Virus record (IMG/VR): IMGVR_UViG_3300026825_000021
Coordinates: 1 to 29,656 of that record
Source: a virus
Taxonomy: Duplodnaviria; Caudoviricetes
Strand: one strand, 5' to 3'
Length of the DNA stretch: 29,656 nucleotides
Shown: piece by piece, positions 1 to 8,573 of the stretch
Layout of the letters: every line of letters begins with the position of its first letter
Position numbering within the stretch: the first letter of the stretch is position 1
The notes under the pieces: generated by a model
Told to the model about the DNA's origin: nothing
Seen by the model: the letters and a program-made list of their open reading frames with translations, nothing else
The model's database searches: none
Position numbers and translations under genes: made by a program

Positions 1-1194
1 ATGGGGGATGAGGAGAGAGCTGTTTCGTTCAGTGAGCTTGGCAGAGCCGATCTTCATGTCGATGCGGTGTACCGCAGCGCTGGTAGCAAGACTGGTGACG
101 ACCCCCTTCCGCGTCTACTCAAGGTTGGCAACATGGGCGGCTTTCGATACCGCGGAACCCTGGCCGCGCTTGAGATGGTTGTGCTTACATCGACCCTCAG
201 TGATCCAGACTGGCCCGACGAGCTGGACCGCGAAACCGGCGTCTTTACGTACTACGGCGACAATAAGAGGCCAGGGCGCGATCTTCACGCCACTCCGAGG
301 AACGGCAATGAACTCCTGAGACGGGTCTTTGCCGCTGCACACTCCACGGGTGCCGGTCGCAAGAGCGTGCCGCCCATCCTTGTGTTTGCGAATACCGGGG
401 AATGGCGCGATGTGAGGTTCCTTGGGCTTGCAGTGCCAGGAACCTCCGAGCAACAGATCGCTGAGGACCTTGTTGCGATCTGGAGAACCGCAGGCGGCAT
501 GCGGTTCCAGAACTACCGTGCGCGGTTCACCATTCTCGATGTCCCGGTTCTGCGGCGGGCATGGATCGAAGAGGTGATTGCGGGCCGACCGCTCGGCCCG
601 CTGGCACCCGACGCCTGGACGGACTGGATTGAAAAGGGACGCTATCGCCCGCTCAAGTCCACTCGTTCAATCGAGCACCGCACCAGGACCGAGCAGCTTC
701 CCTCGAATGCCGATGAGATCGAGATTGTCCATGCCCTGCAGCAGTTCTTTGCCGGACGGCCGCACGATTTCGAGAAGTGCGCGGCCGCGATCGCACGCAT
801 GATGCTGCCTGATATCGCGGAACTCGATCTCACGCGCCCCTCGCGCGATGGCGGCCGGGACGCGGTTGGAAAGCTGAGACTGGGGCGAGGCCCCGGGTCG
901 ATCCTGGTGGATTTCGCCTTGGAGGCCAAATGCTATGGGCCCGCGAACTCGGTCGGCGTCCGGGAGATGTCCCGCCTGATTTCGAGGCTCCGCCATCGAC
1001 AGTTCGGGATCCTCGTCACAACAAGCTACGTCGACCTTCAGGCGTACCAGGAAATCAAGGAGGATCAGCACCCGATTATTGTCATCGCCGCCGCGGACAT
1101 CGTCGGACTTCTCAGGGCGAATGGCCATGCCGATGTCAAGGCTGTCAGGCGTTGGCTCGAACGCGAGTTCGGCTCCCTATCCTCGGAGGCGTGA
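1..1194 (+). CDS. Modification (5mC)-dependent restriction endonuclease, MspJI/AspBHI family (SRA-like N-domain + Mrr-like catalytic domain)
   Basis: 397 aa. N-terminal motifs DLHVDAVY, GGFRYRGT, WPDELDRETGVFTYYGDNKRPG, PPILVF, FLGLAVPG and RFQNYRARFTILD closely resemble AspBHI as I recall it. The C-terminal RDGGRD..x20..EAKCY and SRLISRLRHRQFGILVTTS form the family's D-EAK catalytic core. ATG is at the window edge, so the upstream context is unseen. Confidence 0.9.
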   Translation: MGDEERAVSFSELGRADLHVDAVYRSAGSKTGDDPLPRLLKVGNMGGFRYRGTLAALEMVVLTSTLSDPDWPDELDRETGVFTYYGDNKRPGRDLHATPRNGNELLRRVFAAAHSTGAGRKSVPPILVFANTGEWRDVRFLGLAVPGTSEQQIAEDLVAIWRTAGGMRFQNYRARFTILDVPVLRRAWIEEVIAGRPLGPLAPDAWTDWIEKGRYRPLKSTRSIEHRTRTEQLPSNADEIEIVHALQQFFAGRPHDFEKCAAAIARMMLPDIAELDLTRPSRDGGRDAVGKLRLGRGPGSILVDFALEAKCYGPANSVGVREMSRLISRLRHRQFGILVTTSYVDLQAYQEIKEDQHPIIVIAAADIVGLLRANGHADVKAVRRWLEREFGSLSSEA

Positions 1195-1639
1195 CCTTGG
1201 TTCCGCCTCGAACCGGCTTGCTGACTCGACCAGCAGGCCCAAGCTTCCTGGCCAGATGCGCTAACAGCGCTGAGGGTTTCGCGAGCTGACATTCCCAAAC
1301 GACGATTACGCGCCAGCCACTGGCTTCGAGTTCCTCCCGGGTCCGACGATCACGCTCCGCATTGGCGGCAAACTTCCTCTGCCAGAACTCGCGGCGAGTC
1401 TTCGGAACGTAGGCGAGCCCGCAGTCGTGACGGTGCCAGAAGCAGCCATGCACGAAAATGACGGTGCGCCGAGATCGGAGCACGATGTCTGGACGCCCAG
1501 GCAGATCGCGAGCGTGGAGCCGGTAGCGATAGCCCATGCCGTGGAGAGCCCGTCGTATGAACAGCTCAGGCTTGGTGTTGGCGCCGCGGATGCGGCTCAT
1601 AAGAGCGCTGCGCTCCTGCGGTGTCAGGATGTCGGCCAT
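1145..1639 (-). CDS. vsr: Very short patch repair (T:G mismatch) endonuclease
   Basis: MADILTPQERSALMSRIRGANTKPE, DLPGRPDIV, IFVHGCFWHRHDC, FWQRKFAANAERD and GWRVIVVWEC are canonical Vsr motifs. Start moved from 1714 to ATG 1639, which has GGAG 5 nt upstream. Confidence 0.95.
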   Translation of the reverse strand: MADILTPQERSALMSRIRGANTKPELFIRRALHGMGYRYRLHARDLPGRPDIVLRSRRTVIFVHGCFWHRHDCGLAYVPKTRREFWQRKFAANAERDRRTREELEASGWRVIVVWECQLAKPSALLAHLARKLGPAGRVSKPVRGGTKVTPPRIGSRTRVRANA

Positions 1640-1760
1640 CCGTACTCCGATCGCTCTTGAGAATCTGCTACTCCACATTGGTATCAGCATTGACGGTACG
1701 CATTTCATGAACATGCCTCAACGCCCCCCGTGGCATCACCAACAGGTCTTCGCGGCGCGT

Positions 1761-1994
1761 CTACGGAGAACGACACGCGCGCGCTTGGTCGCGCATGACC
1801 TGGTAATCGGCCAGCATCCGCTCGATCGCCGATCCGGCCGGCAGGCGTTCGAGTTCGTCGGCGGCGCGTTTGAGGAACGGTTTGCTGTAGACCGGGACCG
1901 GCGGGCAGACGACGCCGGTAGGCCGGTCAGAACGAGCCGTCGCGCAGGCGGCGAGCAAGGTCGTCGCGATCACGAGGGCGATCGCGCGCGGCAT
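1761..1994 (-). CDS. Putative o-spanin (Rz1-like outer-membrane lipoprotein)
   Basis: Signal peptide MPRAIALVIATTLLAA|C with lipobox LAAC, a Pro-rich VCPPVPVY segment and additional Cys. Last gene of the lysis cassette. Alternative start at 2015. Confidence 0.75.
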   Translation of the reverse strand: MPRAIALVIATTLLAACATARSDRPTGVVCPPVPVYSKPFLKRAADELERLPAGSAIERMLADYQVMRDQARACRSP

Positions 1995-2172
1995 CCAGCA
2001 TCCGACGCTCGGCATCGGCGATTTCCTTCTGTTGGTTGAGACGTTCCTCGAGGCGGCCGGCGCGCTCGCCAGACCGGCGGATGGCGGCAATGGCTGCGAC
2101 GGCAGCGACGACGGCGCCGGCCCAGAGACCGAGCCGTCGCATCCAGGGAAGCGAGAGAAGCCAAGAGATCAT
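1927..2172 (-). CDS. Putative i-spanin (Rz-like)
   Basis: N-terminal TM helix (LGLWAGAVVAAVAAIAAI) followed by a charged coiled coil. ATG 2172 forms an ATGA overlap with the endolysin stop, and the gene overlaps the lipoprotein ORF by 68 nt. Confidence 0.72.
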   Translation of the reverse strand: MISWLLSLPWMRRLGLWAGAVVAAVAAIAAIRRSGERAGRLEERLNQQKEIADAERRMLDAARDRPRDRDDLARRLRDGSF

Positions 2173-2858
2173 GGCGCTACTCCATCGCGCAGCTCGCGCG
2201 CGGCGCGGATGCGCTGCCACAGCGCCCAGCCGGCGCCGGCGATGATCAGCAGGCCGATGACCACTCCGAAGAGCGTGCCGGCCTCGAGATGGCCGTCGGC
2301 GCGCTCGAGGTCGCTCACGAGCATCGGCAGATAGTCGGCAACGACCGCAGCACCGCTTGCGGCGGCGACCGTGCTGCCCTGAACGACACCCGATTGGCGC
2401 AGCGGCTGAATGTCAGGCGGCAGCGGCACGCTTTCGGGCCAGCGATAGCCGAGGAGCTGGTCGGCCGAGTACGGGCGGACGCTCACGGCGTTGCCCTGAT
2501 TGCCGCCGAGCACCAGGATGCGACCCTGCGCATCGCGTCCGGCATAGAAGCCGACATGGCCCTGCCAGCCGTCGCGGCGCCCACGCCAGAACACCACCAC
2601 GCAGCCGATGGTCGGGTGCTTCAGCGCGCGTCCCCAATCGAGCCACGCGCGTGCCGAGGCGGCCGACGTCTTGTCGTAGGGAATACCCGCCGCGCCGAGG
2701 CACCAGGCGACGAAGGCGCCGCACCAGGGCGTCTCATCGTCCTGCGCGCGAAGCCCGGTCGCCTGATGATACTCGACGATGCGCGGATTGTGCGTGGTGC
2801 CGGCGAACTCCTGCTGGCCGAGTTCGGCCATCGCGATCTGATACCATTTCGGGGTCAT
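2169..2858 (-). CDS. Endolysin, TIGR02594 family (CHAP/NlpC-P60-like) with C-terminal hydrophobic/TM tail
   Basis: HNPRIVEYH, DDETPWCGAFVAWCL (catalytic Cys), GHVGFY (His) and VLGGNQGNAVS. C-terminal TLFGVVIGLLIIAGAGWALW followed by basic residues. GGAG RBS. Confidence 0.85.
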   Translation of the reverse strand: MTPKWYQIAMAELGQQEFAGTTHNPRIVEYHQATGLRAQDDETPWCGAFVAWCLGAAGIPYDKTSAASARAWLDWGRALKHPTIGCVVVFWRGRRDGWQGHVGFYAGRDAQGRILVLGGNQGNAVSVRPYSADQLLGYRWPESVPLPPDIQPLRQSGVVQGSTVAAASGAAVVADYLPMLVSDLERADGHLEAGTLFGVVIGLLIIAGAGWALWQRIRAARELRDGVAP

Positions 2859-2869
2859 GGGTGGTTCTC

Positions 2870-2900
2870 CAAACGAAAGGGCCCGCCGGAGAGGCGGGCC
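2870..2900 (-). terminator. Terminator-like hairpin directly upstream of the endolysin RBS
   Basis: Perfect 8-bp stem GGCCCGCC (2880-2887)/GGCGGGCC (2893-2900) with a 5-nt loop, followed on the minus strand by CTTTCGTTT and then GGAG. Confidence 0.6.
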
Positions 2901-2925
2901 GCAGCGGTCGTGGAGTGCGTCGAGG

Positions 2926-3216
2926 TCACGAGCCGTTGCCGAACAGCTTCAGCTTGATGGCGATGCCGGCGAGCAGTGCGAGCAGGATGCCGGTGGTCAT
3001 GAGCCGCACGATGGTCTGCACCACGGTCCGGCGCACGAGACGCACGCATTCAAGGAGCGCGCGCAGATCGCGGATATCGAGCGCGGCCTCCTTGCCTTCG
3101 AGTCCGACGTCGGCGAGCGCCCGGCGTGCGCCACGCTCGGCGGCGCGGGCGAGCAGTTCCTCGATTTCGGCTTGGGTCATGCGACCGTGATCCTCGTCCG
3201 ACCGGGGGTGCGTCAT
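2926..3216 (-). CDS. DUF6127-like small membrane protein (candidate holin)
   Basis: EELLARAAERGARRALADVGL..AALDIRDLRALL followed by a single C-terminal TM segment (GILLALLAGIAIKL). Lies immediately upstream of the endolysin. The holin role is inferred from position. Confidence 0.7.
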   Translation of the reverse strand: MTHPRSDEDHGRMTQAEIEELLARAAERGARRALADVGLEGKEAALDIRDLRALLECVRLVRRTVVQTIVRLMTTGILLALLAGIAIKLKLFGNGS

Positions 3217-3256
3217 GGCGGACGTCCTTTGCTCGAAGCGTGACCAAAGTGGCGCG

Positions 3257-4618
3257 TCAGAAGCCGCGCGAGCCGTAGAGGCTTGCGTTTTCCAGATACA
3301 TGGTGTGAAGGGCGATCTGGACGGCGGCGGCGGTCGTTCCGTTGTTGCCCCACAGATGCGGGGTGAGGAACGTGCCAGCGGCGGGCAAATCCGCGTTGAT
3401 GGTGCCCGTCACGATGTGGCCGCTGTTGAGCCGCTCGACGCGCCATTTCACCTCGCCGCCACCCGGCTCGGAAGAGAGCATCAGCTCGTAGAAGTCATGC
3501 CCCTGGTTGGAGGGGAAGTTCGCACCGAGGTCGATGGCGGACGCGGTGCCGGAGGCATCGTTGGAAAGGATGCGCATCGTGGTCTGGCCGGAGTCGAAGC
3601 CGATCCCGATGATATCGGTGAGCGTGCTCGGATTGACGTTGCCGATCGCCGCGGTCGAGCCGCGCAGTCCCGCGAAGCAGCGGCCCTGCGCTTGCGGCGT
3701 CTCCCAGCCGAAGCGCATCAGGAGATAGAACCCGCCACGGTCGCCGCTGTTGCCCCGCCAGACGATGAGCTGCGCGCCGTTGACGCCAGCCGATGAACCA
3801 GCCGCAGCAGCGGAGGCGAAGATCAGCCGCGGGCTCTGCGCGAACATGCTGACGCTGGAGAGCGCTGCGGCGGTGGCGGTGCCGGTGATGGTCGTCGTCA
3901 GCCCTTGGGCGTTGAGGGTCGTGGTATTGACGTTGGGGAACCACTCGACATAGCGGCGGCGGGCTGAATCGCGCACGTCGGCGCGGCCGCACCAATTGAA
4001 GAAGCGCGCCGCGTTGAAGAAGCTCGCGCCGTCCGGCGATGTCTTGAGCGCGAAGTCGTCGTCGGCGAGCAGCCCGAACATGGCGCGCGGGCTCCAGGCG
4101 TCATAGAAGACGAAGCTTGCGTCCTTGTTCGCGGCGGCCTTGTTGACATTGATGCGCATGTCGCCCGTGCCGGGCGTGACGTCATCGTGCGAGAAGAGCG
4201 CTCCGTTGCTCTTCACCGCCAGCCTGTTGTTGGCATCGGCGCTCGTATTGACGCCAAGATGGCTGAGATTGTCGAGTGCGAATTCAAAGGCCGCGACCCA
4301 GGCACTGCCATCCCATGCGAGCAGCGCGCTTTCATCGATGACGTAGGCGAGCCAGCCGATCTTCGGCACGCTGAACTGCCAGGCGCCGTCCTGCCAGGCA
4401 GCAATATGACTCGCGTGACCCGCCCAGGCGCCCGAAGGCGACGCTCCGACGATCCAGCGGTGCCCTTCGCCAGGTGAAGCGGGCGGTGCAGAAAGATCGC
4501 GGTCGAGCACGGCGAGCTGGACGAGCGTGTCGAGGATGCGCAGCGCCTCGTTATGCGTGACCTCTTTCTGCGCCTGCCCCTGGGCGATGAAGGGCAGACC
4601 GAGATTGGGTGTGGGCAT
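3257..4618 (-). CDS. DUF2793-domain tail fibre / receptor-binding protein
   Basis: TPNLGLPFIAQGQAQKEVTHNEALRILDTLVQL..PPASPGEGHRWIV..GAWAGH..IAAWQDGAWQF is the DUF2793 signature. Start moved to ATG 4618 (GAGG RBS), just after the megatron stop. Confidence 0.85.
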   Translation of the reverse strand: MPTPNLGLPFIAQGQAQKEVTHNEALRILDTLVQLAVLDRDLSAPPASPGEGHRWIVGASPSGAWAGHASHIAAWQDGAWQFSVPKIGWLAYVIDESALLAWDGSAWVAAFEFALDNLSHLGVNTSADANNRLAVKSNGALFSHDDVTPGTGDMRINVNKAAANKDASFVFYDAWSPRAMFGLLADDDFALKTSPDGASFFNAARFFNWCGRADVRDSARRRYVEWFPNVNTTTLNAQGLTTTITGTATAAALSSVSMFAQSPRLIFASAAAAGSSAGVNGAQLIVWRGNSGDRGGFYLLMRFGWETPQAQGRCFAGLRGSTAAIGNVNPSTLTDIIGIGFDSGQTTMRILSNDASGTASAIDLGANFPSNQGHDFYELMLSSEPGGGEVKWRVERLNSGHIVTGTINADLPAAGTFLTPHLWGNNGTTAAAVQIALHTMYLENASLYGSRGF

Positions 4619-4628
4619 TGGTCGAACC

Positions 4629-7600
4629 TCAGAGTGTGGCCGCCGCGGGCCGGCCGCGGCCAACGGTGGCGGAAAGCTGATAGACTTTCACTGCGAGCGA
4701 GGACTGGACCGCGCCGAAGTCCACGATCTGCTGGGCGGCGGTGTACGTCGCCGCTGGCGCGGTGACGGCAATGGTGCGCTTCGCCGCGCCAGCGCCGTCG
4801 AGGATGTCGATCTCGTAGCGCTCGCTCTCCTCGTTGAGCGGCACATCCGTGCCGTCCGCCCACACGCCGCCGAGGCGGGTGCGCCGCACCCACGTGATGG
4901 TGAGATCGCCCGCGCCGTTGCGCGAGCCGCGGACATGGACCGGCGCCCAGGGCATGAGCGCGACCGCGCGGGCAGTGAAGGTCGCCTGCTGCCAGGCGGG
5001 GTCCGATAGATCGATCCCGGGCGGCCCCCAGCGGTAGAAGCGCGTCTGACCGCGTTCGGCGAGCGTCGTCTGCAGCTGGGAAATCGCACCATCGAGCAGC
5101 ACCACGGGCGCGCCGGCAGGCAGCGGCGAGCGCATGGCGTGCTCGGTACCGAGCCGCCCGCGCAGGAGCTGCGACACATTATATGTAGCGCTTCCGACGA
5201 GCTCCGCCTGGCTGAACTGGACGATCTCCCAGTCGCCGTCGGGGTTCTGGATGGCGAGCGCGTTCACCCCGCCGGCGAGGATGTCGTCCTCGGAGCGGCT
5301 CGCGAGCTCGCCGGCATAGAGCTTGAGCGCAAGAACGTTCGTGCGGTCCCAATAGGCAGTAGGACCGGCGCCGAAGGGGGCAAGCGTCTCGCCCATGGTT
5401 GCGCGGACCGGGAGCGTGGTGTCGAGCGCGAAGCCGGTGCCGGTCGCGCTGTCGAGCACGACGATGCCGGACCAGGGCGATGCGGAGGCCGCCGCATAGG
5501 GCGCCCATGGCACGTCGGTCTCGCGCAGGAGCGGCAGGTCCATTATGCGCAGGACCGCCGCGCCATAAACGGGCGGCGTGCCGATTGACGGCGGCTTGAT
5601 GCCGGGGAGCGGCGGGCCATAGACGGCGGCTTCGGCGCGCTGTGCCTCGATCTCGCGCGCGCCCGCATCGCGAATCCGGTCGATGCGGAAGGCACGCGGA
5701 CGTTCATCGATCACGAGGGCAATCACGTCGCCCGGATCGAAGGCAACCGAGGATGGCGGCAACGCAAGGCGCGCGGTCTCGCGGCCGATCCAGGCTTCGG
5801 CGAGCATCCGGTCGGCGATTGCCTGCGCCTGGGTTGAATCCATGACCAGCGCGAAGCTTGCATCGCTCTTGCGCTCGGAATAGCCGGCAAGGCGACTCGC
5901 CGAGATCGTGCCTGATGCGTAGTCCGCGGCCCCGTCGATGAAGGTCACCGACACCACGTCCGGCAGGTCCATTTCCTGGGAACGGGCCAGCGCGATGACG
6001 TCGCCCTGGTCGGGCAGCACGCAGGCATCCCGCGCGACCTCGGCTACCGGATTGCGGCCGCGCGGCACGAAACGGATCAGACCTTCGCTTTCAACCGCGT
6101 CGAAGGAGAAAGCGGACATCAGCATCTCGATCTCGGCGCGCGGCGACATCGGCCGGTCGCGCACATAACCCACCACGACACCGGCGAGCGCATTCACATC
6201 GACGGTCGTGAAGCCGACGCGCTGGCAGCGCTCGGCGACCAGCGCGCCGAGATCGGCAAGGCCGATCTTGCCGTTGAGCCAGTGGCCGACCGGCCAGTGC
6301 GAGCCGTCGCTCCAGGCATCCGTGCGCGCCGGCCAGGCGGGATAGGGTCGGGCGTCCCAGGTCCAGACCGCGATCCGCTCGATCATCGGCCCGCCGTAGG
6401 CGGTCGAGACCGGATTGTTGGCGCCGGACCAGTAGGAGAGCATCGCCTCGATGGCGCGGCGCTGGATCAGGTCGTCGCGCGTGCCGCGCGAATAGTACGG
6501 GAAGAAGCTCTCCGACGACTTGGGATCATAGAAGACATTCGGCTGGTTGCTCCCCTTGTCCACGGACGGGACGCCGAACTCGGTGAACCAGATCGGCTTC
6601 GATTGCGGCACCCAGGAGGTCGGCGTCGCATTCTCGACGCCGCCGGGCCGGTCGTAGTGCGGGTTGAGCCACCAATTGCGGAAGTCCTTGGCGCGCCAGA
6701 CCCACGGCTTCCCGTAGGCGCCGTCGGTGATCGGCGTGCGAACTTGCGCATCGCGGTCGGCTTGCGATGCGTAGAACCAGTCGTAGAACTCGCCGCCTTC
6801 GATGTTCGCCTGCAGATAATCGCGGTCGTAGATCGAGGCGTGGCCCGCGAGCGCGTCGAGATGCGCGTTGCCGTCGCGCCAGTCGGAGAGCGGCACGTAG
6901 ACGTCCACCCCGACGAAATCGACGTTCGGGTCGGCCCAGAGCGGATCGAGATGGAAGAAGAGTTCGTCGCCGCCCGGCTGATAGCGGTTGTAGTCCGACC
7001 AGTCGGCGGAATAGCCGACCTTCACGCCCGACCCCAGGATCGCCTTGGCATCGGTTGCGAGCGCCTTGAGATGATCCACCGCCGGGAAGTGGGTCGCGCT
7101 GTCGCGCACGGCGCACAGCGCGCGCAGCTCGGAGCCGATCAGAAAGGCGTCGACCGCGCCCGGATCGACGGCGTTGATCGCGGCGCAGAGCCGCGCGCAG
7201 TGCAGGATGAAGCGGCGGTAGCTCCATTCGGCGGGACCCGTGTAGGTCGTGGTCACCGCGTTGGTGGATGGATTGACCGAGACGTTGACCTGATTGCGCG
7301 TCACCGTGCCGAAGAAGCTTGCGACCTGCGCGGCTGCGGCGGCAGTCTGGTCGACGGTGCCCGGCTGCCCGGGCGCCGGGTCGCAGGTGATGCGCCCGCG
7401 CCAGGGATGAGCCGGCTGACCGATGCTCCCGGTCCAAGGATTGGGCAGCGTGTTCTCGGCCGGAATGTCCATGTGCAGGAACGGATAGAAGATTACCGAC
7501 AGTCCGCGCGCCTTGAGATCGCGGATCGCCCGCACGACCGAATCATCGGACGGCGTGCCGCCATAGGCCGGCCGGCCATCGACGGTGCTCACGAGCTGCG

Positions 7601-8573
7601 CGGCCGCGCGCGTCAGGGTGTGCACCTGCCAGGCGTAGGGAGCGGTCGTCTTGTTCGGCACCTCGACCTTCGGCCGCACGGTGCAGGCGCCAACCCGCAG
7701 ATCGTCCCCGAACCAGCCGACGACGAGCAGGACCGTGTTCACGTTCGGCAGCGAAGCCTCGAGGTCGTCGATGGCGACCGTCCAGTCCGCGCTCTCCCTC
7801 CCGGCGAACCGGTTCTCCGGAGCGCTCGCGCCGCCGCCGAGATCGCGGGTGTGCACGATGGGATCGTACACCCGCTCGCCCGAGCTCGGGATGATCGTGA
7901 TCGCCTTGACGAGATCCTCGACACCGGTGCCGTCGCTTGGGGAAACGCGGCGGAAGACCTCGAAGTTGAGCTGCGGAATGCGGTTGCCGAATTTTTCGAG
8001 CGCGAGGTTCTCGAACACCACGTAGGCCGTCCCCCGATAGGCCGGCGCGTTGCCGGCACCTTCGACGCCCTCGATCAGCGGGTCGGGCACCTGGTCAGCC
8101 GTGCCGCGATAGACCCGCATCACGATGTTGGCGGTATCGAGCGGTTTTCCGTCGGCCCAGATGCGTCCGACCCGGTCGATCGGACCTTCGCACAGCGCCA
8201 CCGCGAAGTTGGCGAAATAGGCGTAGGTCGTCTGCGTGACGGTGCTACCGCCGCCGCCCTTGCCGCCGCCCATTTCCTGCGTGGTGGTGGTCGCGACTTC
8301 ACGAAACTTGGTGGCCCAGATGATCTGACCGGCGAGCCGTACGCGGCCAGCGACCTCCGGGAGCGGCGCGCCTTCGGTCGAAGCCTGCACTTGCAGATTA
8401 TCGAGCCGCGGCCCCTCGATGTGCTGATTTCCGCCACCAAGGCCGAACAGGCGATTGTCGATGAAACTGCCGGCGAGCACCGCCGCGGTTCTAAGGCCGA
8501 GCGCGGCGAAGGTGCCGAGCCCCGCGCTCGTCGCGAGCGCGCTCGCGCCGACGGTCAGGAGAAGCGTCGCCAT
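4629..8573 (-). CDS. GTA-like baseplate multidomain protein (megatron; GTA TIM-barrel + phage tail domain, RcGTA g15-like)
   Basis: 1314 aa. EGPRL, RVRLAGQIIWAT, FAVALCEGPI..RIWADGK, PAYRGTAYVVFE, YGGTPSD, AFLIGSEL, FFHLDPLWAD, SKPIWFTEFG..VDKGSNQPNVF, WTWDARPYP and LLRGRLGTE. Confidence 0.92.
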   Translation of the reverse strand: MATLLLTVGASALATSAGLGTFAALGLRTAAVLAGSFIDNRLFGLGGGNQHIEGPRLDNLQVQASTEGAPLPEVAGRVRLAGQIIWATKFREVATTTTQEMGGGKGGGGSTVTQTTYAYFANFAVALCEGPIDRVGRIWADGKPLDTANIVMRVYRGTADQVPDPLIEGVEGAGNAPAYRGTAYVVFENLALEKFGNRIPQLNFEVFRRVSPSDGTGVEDLVKAITIIPSSGERVYDPIVHTRDLGGGASAPENRFAGRESADWTVAIDDLEASLPNVNTVLLVVGWFGDDLRVGACTVRPKVEVPNKTTAPYAWQVHTLTRAAAQLVSTVDGRPAYGGTPSDDSVVRAIRDLKARGLSVIFYPFLHMDIPAENTLPNPWTGSIGQPAHPWRGRITCDPAPGQPGTVDQTAAAAAQVASFFGTVTRNQVNVSVNPSTNAVTTTYTGPAEWSYRRFILHCARLCAAINAVDPGAVDAFLIGSELRALCAVRDSATHFPAVDHLKALATDAKAILGSGVKVGYSADWSDYNRYQPGGDELFFHLDPLWADPNVDFVGVDVYVPLSDWRDGNAHLDALAGHASIYDRDYLQANIEGGEFYDWFYASQADRDAQVRTPITDGAYGKPWVWRAKDFRNWWLNPHYDRPGGVENATPTSWVPQSKPIWFTEFGVPSVDKGSNQPNVFYDPKSSESFFPYYSRGTRDDLIQRRAIEAMLSYWSGANNPVSTAYGGPMIERIAVWTWDARPYPAWPARTDAWSDGSHWPVGHWLNGKIGLADLGALVAERCQRVGFTTVDVNALAGVVVGYVRDRPMSPRAEIEMLMSAFSFDAVESEGLIRFVPRGRNPVAEVARDACVLPDQGDVIALARSQEMDLPDVVSVTFIDGAADYASGTISASRLAGYSERKSDASFALVMDSTQAQAIADRMLAEAWIGRETARLALPPSSVAFDPGDVIALVIDERPRAFRIDRIRDAGAREIEAQRAEAAVYGPPLPGIKPPSIGTPPVYGAAVLRIMDLPLLRETDVPWAPYAAASASPWSGIVVLDSATGTGFALDTTLPVRATMGETLAPFGAGPTAYWDRTNVLALKLYAGELASRSEDDILAGGVNALAIQNPDGDWEIVQFSQAELVGSATYNVSQLLRGRLGTEHAMRSPLPAGAPVVLLDGAISQLQTTLAERGQTRFYRWGPPGIDLSDPAWQQATFTARAVALMPWAPVHVRGSRNGAGDLTITWVRRTRLGGVWADGTDVPLNEESERYEIDILDGAGAAKRTIAVTAPAATYTAAQQIVDFGAVQSSLAVKVYQLSATVGRGRPAAATL

